The notes under the pieces: model-generated
Told to the model about the DNA's origin: nothing
What the model saw: the letters and a program-made list of their open reading frames with translations, nothing else
The model's database searches: none
IMG/VR virus record: IMGVR_UViG_3300008886_000001
Location: 4,181 to 68,180 of that record
DNA: 64,000 nucleotides
Reading direction: 5' to 3' (one strand)
Source of the DNA: a virus
Position numbers and translations under genes: made by a program
Part shown: in pieces, positions 47,371 through 57,152 of the stretch
Numbering within the stretch: position 1 is the stretch's first letter
Layout: every line of letters starts with the position of its first letter

Positions 47371-47961
47371 TCAGCCCTCACCACCGAATTCGTGGGTTGG
47401 TTCAAAATCGTCGTCATCCAACGCGCCACCAATGCACCAGTGACCAACAAACAGCGTGTCGTACTCCCGCGTGAGTTCATAAAATTCATCAAGATATCCA
47501 CTCATCGCCAGTTCGGGATAATCGGCGCGTGCGCGATTGAGATAATCCTGTGCGTGGTCGCTCTCCCACATCGCCTCGCGCAACTGGCCGTAGGCGGGTC
47601 GTGCCTCGGCGCCGGTGCAACCGTCCTCTTCCTCGACACGCTGAATCGCATTGAGGAACTTGGAGCATTCCTCACAGATGCGGTGATAATCCGACTCGCC
47701 GTAATCGCACTTGCCCTCTTCGCAGGGCTCTACCGGTTCATCTGAGTTGCTCGAAGAGTCGTAATCGGACGCCTCAGCGCGTGTCTCGGGATCGCACACC
47801 TTGCACTCCTCCCACTCGCGCATTTCGATGTGCGTGTAGGGAACGCCGGCCCGAATGGGGTTGAAGCACTCCAGGCACTTCACCGCCTTCTCGGCGACGG
47901 TGGTGTTCGACTCATGGAACCGCGCGAGCCAGTCGTAATCGCCATCGTGGTAAAAGCACAC
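47371..47961 (-). CDS. Zn-ribbon phage protein
   Basis: AEKAVKCLECFNPIRAG...CEEC. Confidence 0.6.
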   Translation of the reverse strand: MCFYHDGDYDWLARFHESNTTVAEKAVKCLECFNPIRAGVPYTHIEMREWEECKVCDPETRAEASDYDSSSNSDEPVEPCEEGKCDYGESDYHRICEECSKFLNAIQRVEEEDGCTGAEARPAYGQLREAMWESDHAQDYLNRARADYPELAMSGYLDEFYELTREYDTLFVGHWCIGGALDDDDFEPTHEFGGEG

Positions 47962-47964
47962 CGC

Positions 47965-48177
47965 TCAGCCCTCCGTGGTTATTGGCGGTACCAGCCCCAT
48001 GCCAGTGGTCACCCGTCGCTCGAATTCGTCCAACGCCTCGCTGGCATCGGCGCACCCATTGAACCGCTCTGCCAAATCGGGGAGAGCGGGACACTCGAAA
48101 TACCGCTTGCCTCGGATGATGCGCACAATGAGCGTGTGCCCGTTGCACGAGTGGTACATGGTCTGCACCTTTGCCAT
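47965..48177 (-). CDS. Small hypothetical protein (weakly HicB-like)
   Basis: YFECPALPDL...G...EAL pattern. Confidence 0.35.
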   Translation of the reverse strand: MAKVQTMYHSCNGHTLIVRIIRGKRYFECPALPDLAERFNGCADASEALDEFERRVTTGMGLVPPITTEG

Positions 48178-48194
48178 CTCTGATTCCTCCGTCA

Positions 48195-48506
48195 TCAGTG
48201 AGATCTTGGACACGGGGGCTCATCGGACAACTGAGCCAGGCGGAGCACTTGGCCCGGGGGTTGGGGGGCGGGAGCCGGGTCGGTGACGCCGAGTACACAC
48301 TCTTCGGCCACGGCCCGCTCGATGGTTGCGCGTTTCGCCGCGTCCGCAGCCCGGTCCGCATGGTACCTGGCGTCGTTCGTGTAACTCGCGGCGTTCTGGG
48401 AAAAGTCGTGGCTCAGATCGGCACTCTTGGACGATCTGCGGGCCGCATAGAACCCGGCCAGAACGAACAAGCCGTTCACAACGGTCATGATCACATAGGC
48501 AGTCAT
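48195..48506 (-). CDS. Small membrane-anchored protein
   Basis: N-terminal hydrophobic helix, GGAG SD. Confidence 0.5.
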   Translation of the reverse strand: MTAYVIMTVVNGLFVLAGFYAARRSSKSADLSHDFSQNAASYTNDARYHADRAADAAKRATIERAVAEECVLGVTDPAPAPQPPGQVLRLAQLSDEPPCPRSH

Positions 48507-48527
48507 GGGGGTCTCCTTGGGTTCGGA

Positions 48528-49522
48528 TCATACGCCACAAATGCCATCGGGCTCCTGGCTGAACAGCCCACCGCAGCCCATGCGGTCGTTGAGCGGTTCG
48601 GTCAGATCCACCATGTCCAGGGGCACGAGTGTTCGATGGACATAGGGCACTCCGGCCAGCACGCCTCGCGCGTGCTGGCCGTCCGCATAAGCGGTGCGGA
48701 TCTCGCGGTCGAACGTCACGCCTTTGCGAACTCGGCCGGCTCGTGGGTCTTCATCTCCAGCCATTCGGCGTTGGTGCGGTAGGGGCAGAACACGCACGCC
48801 GAACGGGGCACTTTGATGCCGGGAAATCGCTTCTTGAGCCAGTTAATGCAGTCGTCACGGTCCCAGCCGGTGATCTCTGAGAATTCGGGGCGCAGCTTGC
48901 GAGTCCGTTCCGGCGTGAGGCTATAACCCAGGAGCGGGAAGGACTTCTGTTGCCAGATAACCGGCTCCCACTTTTTGACGTCCTTGAACACCGGTTCGCC
49001 GAGAAGATCGTCCCCGACCTTTACCTTGTGTGTTCGCCAGACCCCGGGTGGTGTGGCCCGACGCTCCTCGTTGGCCGAGATGCCGATCCACACATCGACG
49101 ACGATCTCCTTTGGGGCGCGCTGTCTTGGCTTCAAGCCCAAGACGACGCGCCGGTGGTACTGTTCGATGGGCTCCAGCTTGTACTCACTGGTGCATTGCC
49201 GCGGCAGGGCCGACGCTTCCTTTTGGCCCTCTTTCTTCACGAACAAGGGAATGGATGCGTACCGCTTGATGCCCGCGTTTTCGCGCCTCCGTGCAAACGT
49301 GAGCGCGTCCTCGTAGATGTTCCCCGCGCTGACCATCACCACTTTCATCCCGTGCTTGTCGGCGAGCTCCATGCACCATTGAGCGTGCCGGTAGGTCGCT
49401 TCGCTCTCGGCGCCCGGGTCCGAGAACACGATGTGATCCGGCTTGGGAATGACCCCGTCGCACGCCAGACCGAGAATCGTGGTGCTCTGAACGCCCATGC
49501 CGCAACTGAACACCGTCTTCAT
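48528..49522 (-). pseudogene. PP-loop / PAPS-reductase-like phage protein split by an apparent 1-bp deletion near 48718
   Basis: SCGMGVQS, FSDPGAE, RQCTSEYKL, SACVFCPY; TGA at 48716 while the expected C-terminus (TFDREIR...YVHR.L.PL...CGV) continues in the adjacent frame to 48528. Confidence 0.7.
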
Positions 49523-49968
49523 GAACCCTCCTGCGTCGATTCCTTCTTGGGCCTCAGTTCGAGCGGAACGAGTAATTCGGTTTGCTGTTTCACTCCCAGC
49601 CCCGCGAAAACTTTGGCCGCTGCATCTTCCGCCTCGCGGCGCGTCGGGAACACTTCGCCGCATAGGGCTTTTCCGTCCAACAATTTCCAGGTCATCCATT
49701 CGTGCGACAGAACAGCGTGCGGGTGCTTTCTGTCCGAATAGGCCCATGAGTAGCCTTTGATGGACACCATTTCAGGATTGTGATGCCAGCCAAGTATCAA
49801 GCGAGGATATCGTTCCCCAATTGCCAGCGCGCGGTAGCCGAGGGCCATCTTCGCGAATACGCCAGCCACTTCCTCGTAGGCGTCGGCCAGGATCAAACGC
49901 GTCTGGTACGCGCGGGGGTGCTTGTCCAATTCGCGGGGCAGCACGTCGATTGTGGCTATGATGCTCAC
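49519..49968 (-). CDS. Divergent TIGR02996-like protein
   Basis: LDKHPRAYQTRLILADAYEE; FPTRREAEDAAA. Confidence 0.5.
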   Translation of the reverse strand: MSIIATIDVLPRELDKHPRAYQTRLILADAYEEVAGVFAKMALGYRALAIGERYPRLILGWHHNPEMVSIKGYSWAYSDRKHPHAVLSHEWMTWKLLDGKALCGEVFPTRREAEDAAAKVFAGLGVKQQTELLVPLELRPKKESTQEGS

Positions 49969-50327
49969 GCCTTGGTCCCCACCAATCTCCAAATGCGGCC
50001 ACCCGAGCAACCGTGGCCCTTGGCACGGAGAACCACGCCGCACTGCTCGATCAGTCCGGCCCGTTTGAGCCGCATAAACACCGGTCCGAACGCGCGGCCA
50101 TCGTGCGGCGGGTTGTCGCGGCTGGCCTCCGTCACCAACACCTCGCCCGCGGTCGGCCCGTTGATCTTCAACCATGCCAGGATGAAATCGCCCGCAGCAT
50201 GACTGTCCCACCCGCGCCGCTCGGCCGCCTCCTCGCAGAGCGAGGCTTGTGCGCGGCCCTCGGCCAGTGCCACGGGGAGTGGTGGCGGCTCGGGCGGCTC
50301 GTCGAAGAGAGAGCGTTGGGTGGTCAT
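49965..50327 (-). CDS. Winged-helix-like phage protein
   Basis: PPHDGRAFGPVF..L...GLI...G motif. Confidence 0.55.
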   Translation of the reverse strand: MTTQRSLFDEPPEPPPLPVALAEGRAQASLCEEAAERRGWDSHAAGDFILAWLKINGPTAGEVLVTEASRDNPPHDGRAFGPVFMRLKRAGLIEQCGVVLRAKGHGCSGGRIWRLVGTKA

Positions 50328-50578
50328 TTGCGACGCCCCCGCAGAACATCCAGAGCACTGTGTGCGCGCGGGTCCGTTGTGAAGTATGGCCACCATGCCG
50401 AAGCCACAATGTGCGTATCTACCGCCACGTCCCAACTGCCACCGACGCTGAAGCGATCCACATCTGCACTACCACCGATGCGGGCGATGAGAGCATGCGC
50501 TGCGGCAACGCAGTCAGCCCCAAATGCGAGGTAGAGTTTCCCACCGGGTTCCGTGTCATCGAGCAAAAAACACTTCAT
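50324..50578 (-). CDS. Hypothetical protein
   Basis: ATGA overlaps. Confidence 0.45.
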   Translation of the reverse strand: MKCFLLDDTEPGGKLYLAFGADCVAAAHALIARIGGSADVDRFSVGGSWDVAVDTHIVASAWWPYFTTDPRAHSALDVLRGRRK

Positions 50579-50961
50579 GCCGCCTGCCTCCTTTGCGCCA
50601 CCAGTTTGCGAACCCTGTTTTCGATGAGGGCACATGCCGCGCGCACCCCGGCCATGTCGTGAACCCAATGCGCCGCTTCGCCCTTCGTAGCGTGCTCCTG
50701 AATCTCGCCATCTGTCCCGCTCACCCCTGACGTTGCAACCGCCTCATCCGCCTCGAACATCAGGATCAGGGCAATCACCAGATCCCATTGCGCCAGCCTT
50801 TCCATTAGCTCGGGCTTGTTCGCCACAATTAACGATTGAAGTTGATGGCTAATCGCATTGGGCGAGCGGTAGTGAACCTTCCCGTCGTGCGGCCAAAGAC
50901 GGGCGCCCTCTGCGTCGGCGAGGGCCAACGCCTCGGCGACGGTTCCGGTGGCACCGGTCAT
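50575..50961 (-). CDS. Primase-adjacent small protein (TubC N-terminal docking-like)
   Basis: L...G.RLW..DGKVHYRSP...L...I..NKPELM..L. Confidence 0.5.
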   Translation of the reverse strand: MTGATGTVAEALALADAEGARLWPHDGKVHYRSPNAISHQLQSLIVANKPELMERLAQWDLVIALILMFEADEAVATSGVSGTDGEIQEHATKGEAAHWVHDMAGVRAACALIENRVRKLVAQRRQAA

Positions 50962-53510
50962 ATGGCCCCCTCGCCGCTGTCGCGGGCCAGTCTGTCCACT
51001 TGTGTCGTGGGGGGTATACCCTGGAAAGACTGGTAAGACTGGTCAGACTGGAAGATGGGCTGGTCGTAACGATTGTCCGATCCACCCCCCTCCCCCTCCT
51101 TACTCTCTCTCTTAAGAGAGAGAGTAGAGTTACCAGACTGACCAGACTGGCGGGGGTGACCAGTCTGACCAGACTGGCGGGCGGGGAGGGTGGTGGGGCG
51201 GGGCTCGGGGCGGAGGTACTGGGACCCTATCCAGAGCCACCACGCGCCGCCGGCTTCGATTGGTAAACCCGAGAGCCGCGTGGGGTCGTTCTTGTCGTCG
51301 GTGCGCATGGAAGCCTTGGCTTGGCGATAGACGCTGAAGCTGAACCCGGCCTTTTTGCTGGCGTCCTCGACCTCCTTCTCGGGCCACGCCCAGCGGTCGA
51401 GGAACTCGCGCAGGAAACTCACACACTCGTTAACCCCGCGACTCTGCGCGGCCTTGTTCGATCGCGCGCCGGAGATCGCGTTGGCATCGACCGCGGTCCC
51501 GCCCTCCCATTGGGGCCGGAACAATTGCGAGGCCAGCGCCGCGGCGTCGCCGGGCCGCATGTCGGGCCACTCGCGGAGGAGGAGCGCGGTGCCCTCGGCC
51601 GGGGGCACGTCGGTCATGCGGTAGGCGAGCCCGGTCATGCCCGACTTGAGGACGTTGGTCTTGAGCGGGAGCATGAGCTTCTTGTCGTGGTCGTCCGGGT
51701 CCGGCGCGACCATGTAAGAGAACCGGACCGCGTTCACATAGGCGCCGCCGCCGCCGACCCGCTGGACGGCCGACACGCCCGCCGACTTGTTCAGGTGCTT
51801 GATGAGGAGGACCGTCGCCCCGGTCCGGTTGGCGGACTCGGAAAGTGGTCCCAGCACGCTCCGCAGTTCGGCGTCTTGGTTCTCGTTGACTCCGGCGCGC
51901 CCGATGTACGCGCCGGCCGGGTCAATTACGATGAGCATGATGTCGGGGTTGGAGACCAGCGCCCGTTCGAGCTGTGCGTAATGGCCCATGTGGAAATCGA
52001 GGATCTTGACCTTACCGTCCTTCTTCATCCGCACCCCCTCGACGCGCAGGACGTTCCGCCGGTCCGCCCCTAGGGCCGCGAGCCGCGGGAGGATGGTGCG
52101 TTGCCAATCGTCCTCGCAACTGATGAGGAGGGTCTTGCCCTTGATGGGCTTGGGGTATGAGAGCCCGAACGCGCACCGCCCGGATGACAGCGCCGAAGCG
52201 AGTTCGAGGGTGATCATCGATTTGCCGTGGCCGCCATCCCCGGCGATCATCCCGATCATCCCACGCGGCACATAGCCCGGCACAAGGTAGTGGACGGCCT
52301 CTGGAACGATCCCGGCCACGTCCCCGAACACCAATTCGCCGTCGCCCTCGTCTCCGGTCAGGGTCTGGTTCGGGGTGTACCCCTCCTGACCCGGCTTGGG
52401 CGCGGGCTTCTTCTTCACGCGGGTTCCGAATCCCGCCTCGTACAACTTGCTGTTGGATTCTTTGAAGTCGCCATTGTGTTCAAGAATGGCGACCAGGGCG
52501 GCCGGTGCGTACCCGGTCATGGGCTTGAGGGGCGGGGCCGCGTCGGTGAAACAGAAGAACACCGGCGTACCGTCAACAACCAGCAGGTTGCCGCCCTGAC
52601 CGTCCCGCCCGCGCTTGCCGGGGCGAACGAACTCAACCGCCCCGTCGGTTCTGCTCCGCCCCTTCGTCCACCCCTGCTTTTCGAGGACCGCACCGATCGA
52701 GTCGAGCGTCGCCTGTTTGTTAAAATCTTCCCACGCGAAGACCAGCCCTGTTGGTCGCTCCGTTTTTGCCGATCCGCCGCTCTGCACCTCGATGCCGTGA
52801 ACTGCGGCGGCCGACGGGATCAACTCGGGATCGGACCCCGAGAGCGATAGGACGTGAGTGACAGCGGTGTCGCCACGGACCCATTCCGTTCCGGACCACA
52901 CACGGGGCCACACATCGCGCGTGTGGTGGCGCCCGGGCAGCCGGACCCAATTGCCCCATTCGGTGTCGCCGTCGCTCTTGGGGAACACCTCGGGCGGTTT
53001 GGCAAAGCCCCACTCGCCCGAGTCTGCAACGAGCCAGTTCCCCAACGCGCGCAACACTGATGCGACAACGGCTCCGTCGAACAGCACCCAGAGGTGAAAA
53101 CCGCCCTTACCGTTTGATTCGTAGAGAAGCGAACACAGGCCGAGCCCGGCGAGCTTTCGCGCGACATGAACGGCATAGAGTTCGTTGGCTTGCGGGTCAC
53201 CGTCATCGTGGTTATCGATGTCGATGCAGGTCCACTTACCGAATTTGTCGGCCCCATAGGAATACACCCCGACGACGGCCCGGGTTTCGGTAGCGCGGAA
53301 GTGCTGAACCAGACGCGCGTTACTGAGATAACCGACGCGGACATTTTCGAGCTTGGCCGGGTCCGCGAAGGGCTTCGCGCGCTGCGATTCCGCGTCAAAG
53401 AAGTAACGCCCGCACCGGTCGGTGCGGTTGACCAGCCGGACCATCGCCCAGCCGGCGAGTGCTTCGGCCTGGGCGCGCCAGGCGTTCGGGATCAATGCCG
53501 CGTCGCTCAT
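50958..53510 (-). CDS. AEP primase (TOTE-like) fused to RepA/AAA_25 helicase
   Basis: CIDIDNHD, ESNGKGGFHLW, EVFPK, GNWVRLPG; AGDGGHGKS, IVIDP, IKHLNK. Confidence 0.85.
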   Translation of the reverse strand: MSDAALIPNAWRAQAEALAGWAMVRLVNRTDRCGRYFFDAESQRAKPFADPAKLENVRVGYLSNARLVQHFRATETRAVVGVYSYGADKFGKWTCIDIDNHDDGDPQANELYAVHVARKLAGLGLCSLLYESNGKGGFHLWVLFDGAVVASVLRALGNWLVADSGEWGFAKPPEVFPKSDGDTEWGNWVRLPGRHHTRDVWPRVWSGTEWVRGDTAVTHVLSLSGSDPELIPSAAAVHGIEVQSGGSAKTERPTGLVFAWEDFNKQATLDSIGAVLEKQGWTKGRSRTDGAVEFVRPGKRGRDGQGGNLLVVDGTPVFFCFTDAAPPLKPMTGYAPAALVAILEHNGDFKESNSKLYEAGFGTRVKKKPAPKPGQEGYTPNQTLTGDEGDGELVFGDVAGIVPEAVHYLVPGYVPRGMIGMIAGDGGHGKSMITLELASALSSGRCAFGLSYPKPIKGKTLLISCEDDWQRTILPRLAALGADRRNVLRVEGVRMKKDGKVKILDFHMGHYAQLERALVSNPDIMLIVIDPAGAYIGRAGVNENQDAELRSVLGPLSESANRTGATVLLIKHLNKSAGVSAVQRVGGGGAYVNAVRFSYMVAPDPDDHDKKLMLPLKTNVLKSGMTGLAYRMTDVPPAEGTALLLREWPDMRPGDAAALASQLFRPQWEGGTAVDANAISGARSNKAAQSRGVNECVSFLREFLDRWAWPEKEVEDASKKAGFSFSVYRQAKASMRTDDKNDPTRLSGLPIEAGGAWWLWIGSQYLRPEPRPTTLPARQSGQTGHPRQSGQSGNSTLSLKRESKEGEGGGSDNRYDQPIFQSDQSYQSFQGIPPTTQVDRLARDSGEGAI

Positions 53511-53544
53511 AGATCGCAGTTCACAATCTTGTTTTCGAATGAGG

Positions 53545-53943
53545 TCACGCCGCCGGCGCGGTCCGCCTGGCCAGTTCCCGCTCGACTTCCGGGAGCAACT
53601 CGCGGAACACCTCCGCCCGCGACGTCTCATCGAACCAGTTGAGGAACCACCGGCACGCTGCGGGCTCACCGAGCCGCTGATCCGCCTCGAAACACGCCCG
53701 CTGAAAGAACTCATTCACTTCGCCGACTGTTTCCAGTTCGTCGCCCTGCCAGCCACAGAAGCCCAAAGCGCATGCGGCCTCGACCGGCCAGTCCTGCACA
53801 CACATGAGTGGGGGCGGGTTTGTGGTATTGCCCTGCGTCAGCCGGGGGTCATCACCGCTGATCGCGTCACGGAGTGATTCCAGTGCGACCGTCGAGAGGA
53901 CCGGCGCGAATCCGTTGCGCCAGGTCAAACGCCACGATTCCAT
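53545..53943 (-). CDS. Conserved Gemmataceae-type hypothetical protein
   Basis: MESWRLTWRNGFAP...PPPLMCVQDWPVEAACALGFCGW...ACRWFLNWFD recognised from memory as planctomycete-conserved. Confidence 0.65.
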   Translation of the reverse strand: MESWRLTWRNGFAPVLSTVALESLRDAISGDDPRLTQGNTTNPPPLMCVQDWPVEAACALGFCGWQGDELETVGEVNEFFQRACFEADQRLGEPAACRWFLNWFDETSRAEVFRELLPEVERELARRTAPAA

Positions 53944-53969
53944 GTGCTCCTCCTGAAAGTGAGACGGGG

Positions 53970-54893
53970 TCACCGCTTCGGCGATGCCAGAACTGCGCTG
54001 CGGTCCCTAGCGGCCGCCCGCAGCTCGACCATCTGGGGCTCGGTGAACGCGCCGTTGCGGAACCCGGCCTCGATGTCCTGCAACTCGTGGGTAAGTGTGG
54101 GCTGGGAACCGGATGCGTTGATGGCTGCGAGGGCGTTGATGAAGTCCGCCTGCTGCTGTGGGGTCGGCGGCTTGGCCTTGGCCCTCTGTTGGTCGATGAA
54201 CGCCTGGGCCTGCTGCACCGGATCGACGGGACGGGACGGTGCGGTTGGCGATTGTGGAATCGGCGCTGGTGAATGGACCGGCTTGCTTGACTGCTGCTGG
54301 GGCGCAGGGGCCGTGGGGGCCGGCGCGCCGCTCTTGGCCTCGGCCCAACGCACGAACTTCTTCTTCGGGATCGTGTACGCCTTGTTGGCCGCCTTCGTGG
54401 CTTGGGCCTCGGCCTCGCTGTACTTCGGGTTCGGTGCGTGGACGGCCGCGAACGGCCGGCGGACCCTGATCACGAGCGCGTCGGTCTGGGCCTTCTTGCC
54501 CTTCTCGATTCGACCTTCGCCCACGTATTCGGGTAGGTTCGCCACGTCGAGGCCGCTCGCGGCCTCGAACGCCTGGATGTCCTCGCGGGTGTTCAGATAG
54601 ACAACCAAGAACGGTTTGGTCCAACCCGCGTTGGTCGAGTACAAGTGGAGCACGTTCACGGTGCCACTTCGCCCGTCCTTCGTGGTGCGAACCACCCAGC
54701 CCACATCTTCCCTTGATTCCCCGGCGTCTAGGGATGCGGCCCCGGACACCCGCCACCCGGCCTCGATGGCTCGCGCCGCCTCGGAGTTGGCGAGGGCAAG
54801 CAGGGCGATGAAGTCAGGACCGGCCTCTCCCTCGCCCAGGCGAGGGAGAGGCACAAGCACTTCAGCGCCGTTCGCGGTATATAGGCGCAACAT
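53970..54893 (-). CDS. Hypothetical protein in replication module (possible ssDNA-binding/recombination)
   Basis: Position upstream of primase; Pro/Ala/Gln linker; family not recognised. Confidence 0.45.
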   Translation of the reverse strand: MLRLYTANGAEVLVPLPRLGEGEAGPDFIALLALANSEAARAIEAGWRVSGAASLDAGESREDVGWVVRTTKDGRSGTVNVLHLYSTNAGWTKPFLVVYLNTREDIQAFEAASGLDVANLPEYVGEGRIEKGKKAQTDALVIRVRRPFAAVHAPNPKYSEAEAQATKAANKAYTIPKKKFVRWAEAKSGAPAPTAPAPQQQSSKPVHSPAPIPQSPTAPSRPVDPVQQAQAFIDQQRAKAKPPTPQQQADFINALAAINASGSQPTLTHELQDIEAGFRNGAFTEPQMVELRAAARDRSAVLASPKR

Positions 54894-54901
54894 GGAGCCC
54901 C

Positions 54902-56035
54902 TCACGACTCACCGCCCTTCTTCGAATTCGAGGAACGCCTTGATGAACGCTGCCGCGACTTGCGGCACAATTGCATTGCCCGAGCCCCGCAGGAGGCCCA
55001 CTCTGTCCTGTAACCCATCAACCAGAGGGAAAAGAGCGGGTTCAATCGGTACCCGGCGGTACTTCCCGTCCCGGCATAGGATGGGGACGGCACTGGCCCA
55101 GAATGCTGGACCTGGTTCGGGAGCTGTTCCCCCTTGGCCCCGCCCCCGCGGTCCGCGTAACTCTTCACGTTCGGCGTCCGATAGTCCCGGTGTGCCGGCG
55201 TCGCCCAGGGCGACGCCGGCACACTTTCCGCCATCATCGCCAGGTTTGGTTGCCCCCCGCTCTTGCGCTTCTTGTACATCAACTTGGGCTGCGATTCGCG
55301 AGTGTTCCCGAGCGGTGTCGCCCACGCCACCACCGTCGGGAGATTCTTCCCGGTCGCCTTGTTGGCGTTTGAGCCCGAGTCGCTGTCCCCCGCTCGTGCG
55401 GTCGGCCACGGTGCCATCTGGGCCGCAACCGCCAGATTCAATCCCGCATGGGCGCCTCGCGCCACCTTCTTTTCGCTGCTCTCCTTTTGTTCGATCGCAG
55501 TCGGTGTGGGCCACCCAGAACACTCGGAGTCGGATGTGGTCCGCGCCCGCGCTGTGTGCGCCGAGTACCGAAAACCAGAAGGTGTAACTCTCTCTCTCCA
55601 CGTCTGAACGAACACGATCGATCCACCGGAGAGCAAGTTCTTCAAGTGACTCGCCATCGTGTCGCTTGGCGATCCGATCGGCGAGTTTGTTGGCCCGGTC
55701 GTACTTGCCCCCTTGAACCGCGGTGATGAAAGCAGCCTCAAGCTCAGTTCCGACAACGTCGCTGCTGGCGACCTGCTCGCCGAAGACGACCGGCGGCCGA
55801 CACGCGCGGATGAGCCGGAAGAGGTCGGGCCAGAGGTTGCGGGGATCCGCGTCCCCGAGCCCTTTGCCCGCCGAGCTGTACGGCTGGCACGGGCAGGAGC
55901 CGGTCCAGACGGGGCGATCATCGGGCCAACCGGCGAGTCGGAGCGCGAGGGGCCAGCCACCAATTCCGGCGAACCAGTGACAAGTTCCAAATCGGCGAAC
56001 GTCATCTGGCGCCACGGCCTTGATGCTCCGCTCAT
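54902..56035 (-). CDS. C5 methyltransferase beta polypeptide in overlapping frame (TRD repeats + motif IX); true start may be internal
   Basis: Four W(P/A)T(P/A) repeats and RLNPLFSLWLMGYRTEW. Confidence 0.75.
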   Translation of the reverse strand: MSGASRPWRQMTFADLELVTGSPELVAGPSRSDSPVGPMIAPSGPAPARASRTARRAKGSGTRIPATSGPTSSGSSARVGRRSSSASRSPAATLSELSLRLLSSPRFKGASTTGPTNSPIGSPSDTMASHLKNLLSGGSIVFVQTWRERVTPSGFRYSAHTARARTTSDSECSGWPTPTAIEQKESSEKKVARGAHAGLNLAVAAQMAPWPTARAGDSDSGSNANKATGKNLPTVVAWATPLGNTRESQPKLMYKKRKSGGQPNLAMMAESVPASPWATPAHRDYRTPNVKSYADRGGGAKGEQLPNQVQHSGPVPSPSYAGTGSTAGYRLNPLFSLWLMGYRTEWASCGARAMQLCRKSRQRSSRRSSNSKKGGES

Positions 56036-56138
56036 CGATCTTGCCCCCAGGAATGTGGCCGTCCTTGATCAACTCGCGCAGCCACATAGCCGCGCCCGGA
56101 TCGAACTCGTTCAGGTAGTGGGTGCCACGAGCTTCCAA
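54909..56138 (-). CDS. C5 cytosine DNA methyltransferase, catalytic (alpha) polypeptide
   Basis: FAGIGG (I), GSCPCQPYS (IV), GEQV (VI), H.RLRVFW (VIII), GSGNAIVPQVA (X); motif IX absent from this frame. Confidence 0.88.
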   Translation of the reverse strand: MEARGTHYLNEFDPGAAMWLRELIKDGHIPGGKIDERSIKAVAPDDVRRFGTCHWFAGIGGWPLALRLAGWPDDRPVWTGSCPCQPYSSAGKGLGDADPRNLWPDLFRLIRACRPPVVFGEQVASSDVVGTELEAAFITAVQGGKYDRANKLADRIAKRHDGESLEELALRWIDRVRSDVERESYTFWFSVLGAHSAGADHIRLRVFWVAHTDCDRTKGEQRKEGGARRPCGIESGGCGPDGTVADRTSGGQRLGLKRQQGDREESPDGGGVGDTAREHSRIAAQVDVQEAQERGATKPGDDGGKCAGVALGDAGTPGLSDAEREELRGPRGRGQGGTAPEPGPAFWASAVPILCRDGKYRRVPIEPALFPLVDGLQDRVGLLRGSGNAIVPQVAAAFIKAFLEFEEGR

Positions 56139-56216
56139 ACCAACCCTCCGCTGGTGCCGCCGTCGAGTGCCGCTTCCACTGGGATGGTTCGTCCAGCTCG
56201 TCGAACAATGACCGCG

Positions 56217-56573
56217 TCATGCCTGCTCACTGCAAAACCGTTCCCACAACATCTCGGCGAGAATCTGCGCGTGACACACAACGGGCGAACCGTCGCCGGC
56301 GGTCGCGTTCACGCACCAACAGCCCAAGGGCTTCTTCCCCTGCTCGCACTCGTCCCACAGCGCCGCCAGCGCCCCATCAAGGTCATCGATCCACTTCTCC
56401 AGATGCGCGCGGTACTCGCGGAGGCACTCGTCGAGTGAGACAAACTTGGTCGGCCGGTGCGGGTTGCAGAGCGGGTGCCGGGGCCAGCCCGCGAACGCGC
56501 GACCGACGTAACACACGCCGGCCCGCTGCGCGGCCTTGTTCAGACCCCGAACATCCACAACGCGCACGCACAT
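56217..56573 (-). CDS. DUF4326 family protein
   Basis: YVGR...NP...LGCWC...CHAQIL. Confidence 0.8.
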   Translation of the reverse strand: MCVRVVDVRGLNKAAQRAGVCYVGRAFAGWPRHPLCNPHRPTKFVSLDECLREYRAHLEKWIDDLDGALAALWDECEQGKKPLGCWCVNATAGDGSPVVCHAQILAEMLWERFCSEQA

Positions 56574-56602
56574 CGATCACTCTCCGCGAGACACCGCCAC
56601 CG

Positions 56603-57028
56603 CTACTTCTTGGCCTGGTGCTTGCCGTTGCCGTTGACCGACGGCTCGACGATCGGCAGACGCAGCTCTTCGCGCACACGCTTGCGGATCTTCTTCGGTC
56701 CCGTTGGATCGGCCTTGACGGCGTTGCCTTTGGTCGGCGCGTCGAGGTGCCCGGCCGGGATCTCCGGGACCGCTGGCATGACGGTTTCGATCGTGCAGGT
56801 GAACACCGGGAACGGGCGCTGGGTGATTGACCCGTCTGACTGTATGAGCGTCTGCGCGAGGATGGTGGTACACCCGCATCGGCAGTGCCCGACGACGGGG
56901 AACTGCATCGGGAGGCACCCGCGGATGCGGACCAAGCCGCCCGGCTGAACGAGGGTAATGGGGTCGCGGTCACCGCCGTCGTCGTGCATGGGCGCGGACT
57001 CCCCGCCGCACGGTTCCGTGCGCTTCAT
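56603..57028 (-). CDS. Hypothetical protein (start uncertain, alternative 56989)
   Basis: ORF fills gap; ends in TAG. Confidence 0.45.
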   Translation of the reverse strand: MKRTEPCGGESAPMHDDGGDRDPITLVQPGGLVRIRGCLPMQFPVVGHCRCGCTTILAQTLIQSDGSITQRPFPVFTCTIETVMPAVPEIPAGHLDAPTKGNAVKADPTGPKKIRKRVREELRLPIVEPSVNGNGKHQAKK

Positions 57029-57152
57029 TGCTGGCTCCGAACTGTTTGTGTCAGACTGTCAGCGGCGAAGTGCCGCACTGGTCCTGCCGGGAGTTGCACC
57101 CGGATCTCCCCTTGTGGGGGCGTCCTTACTTGTTCGACCACAGGACCAACTT

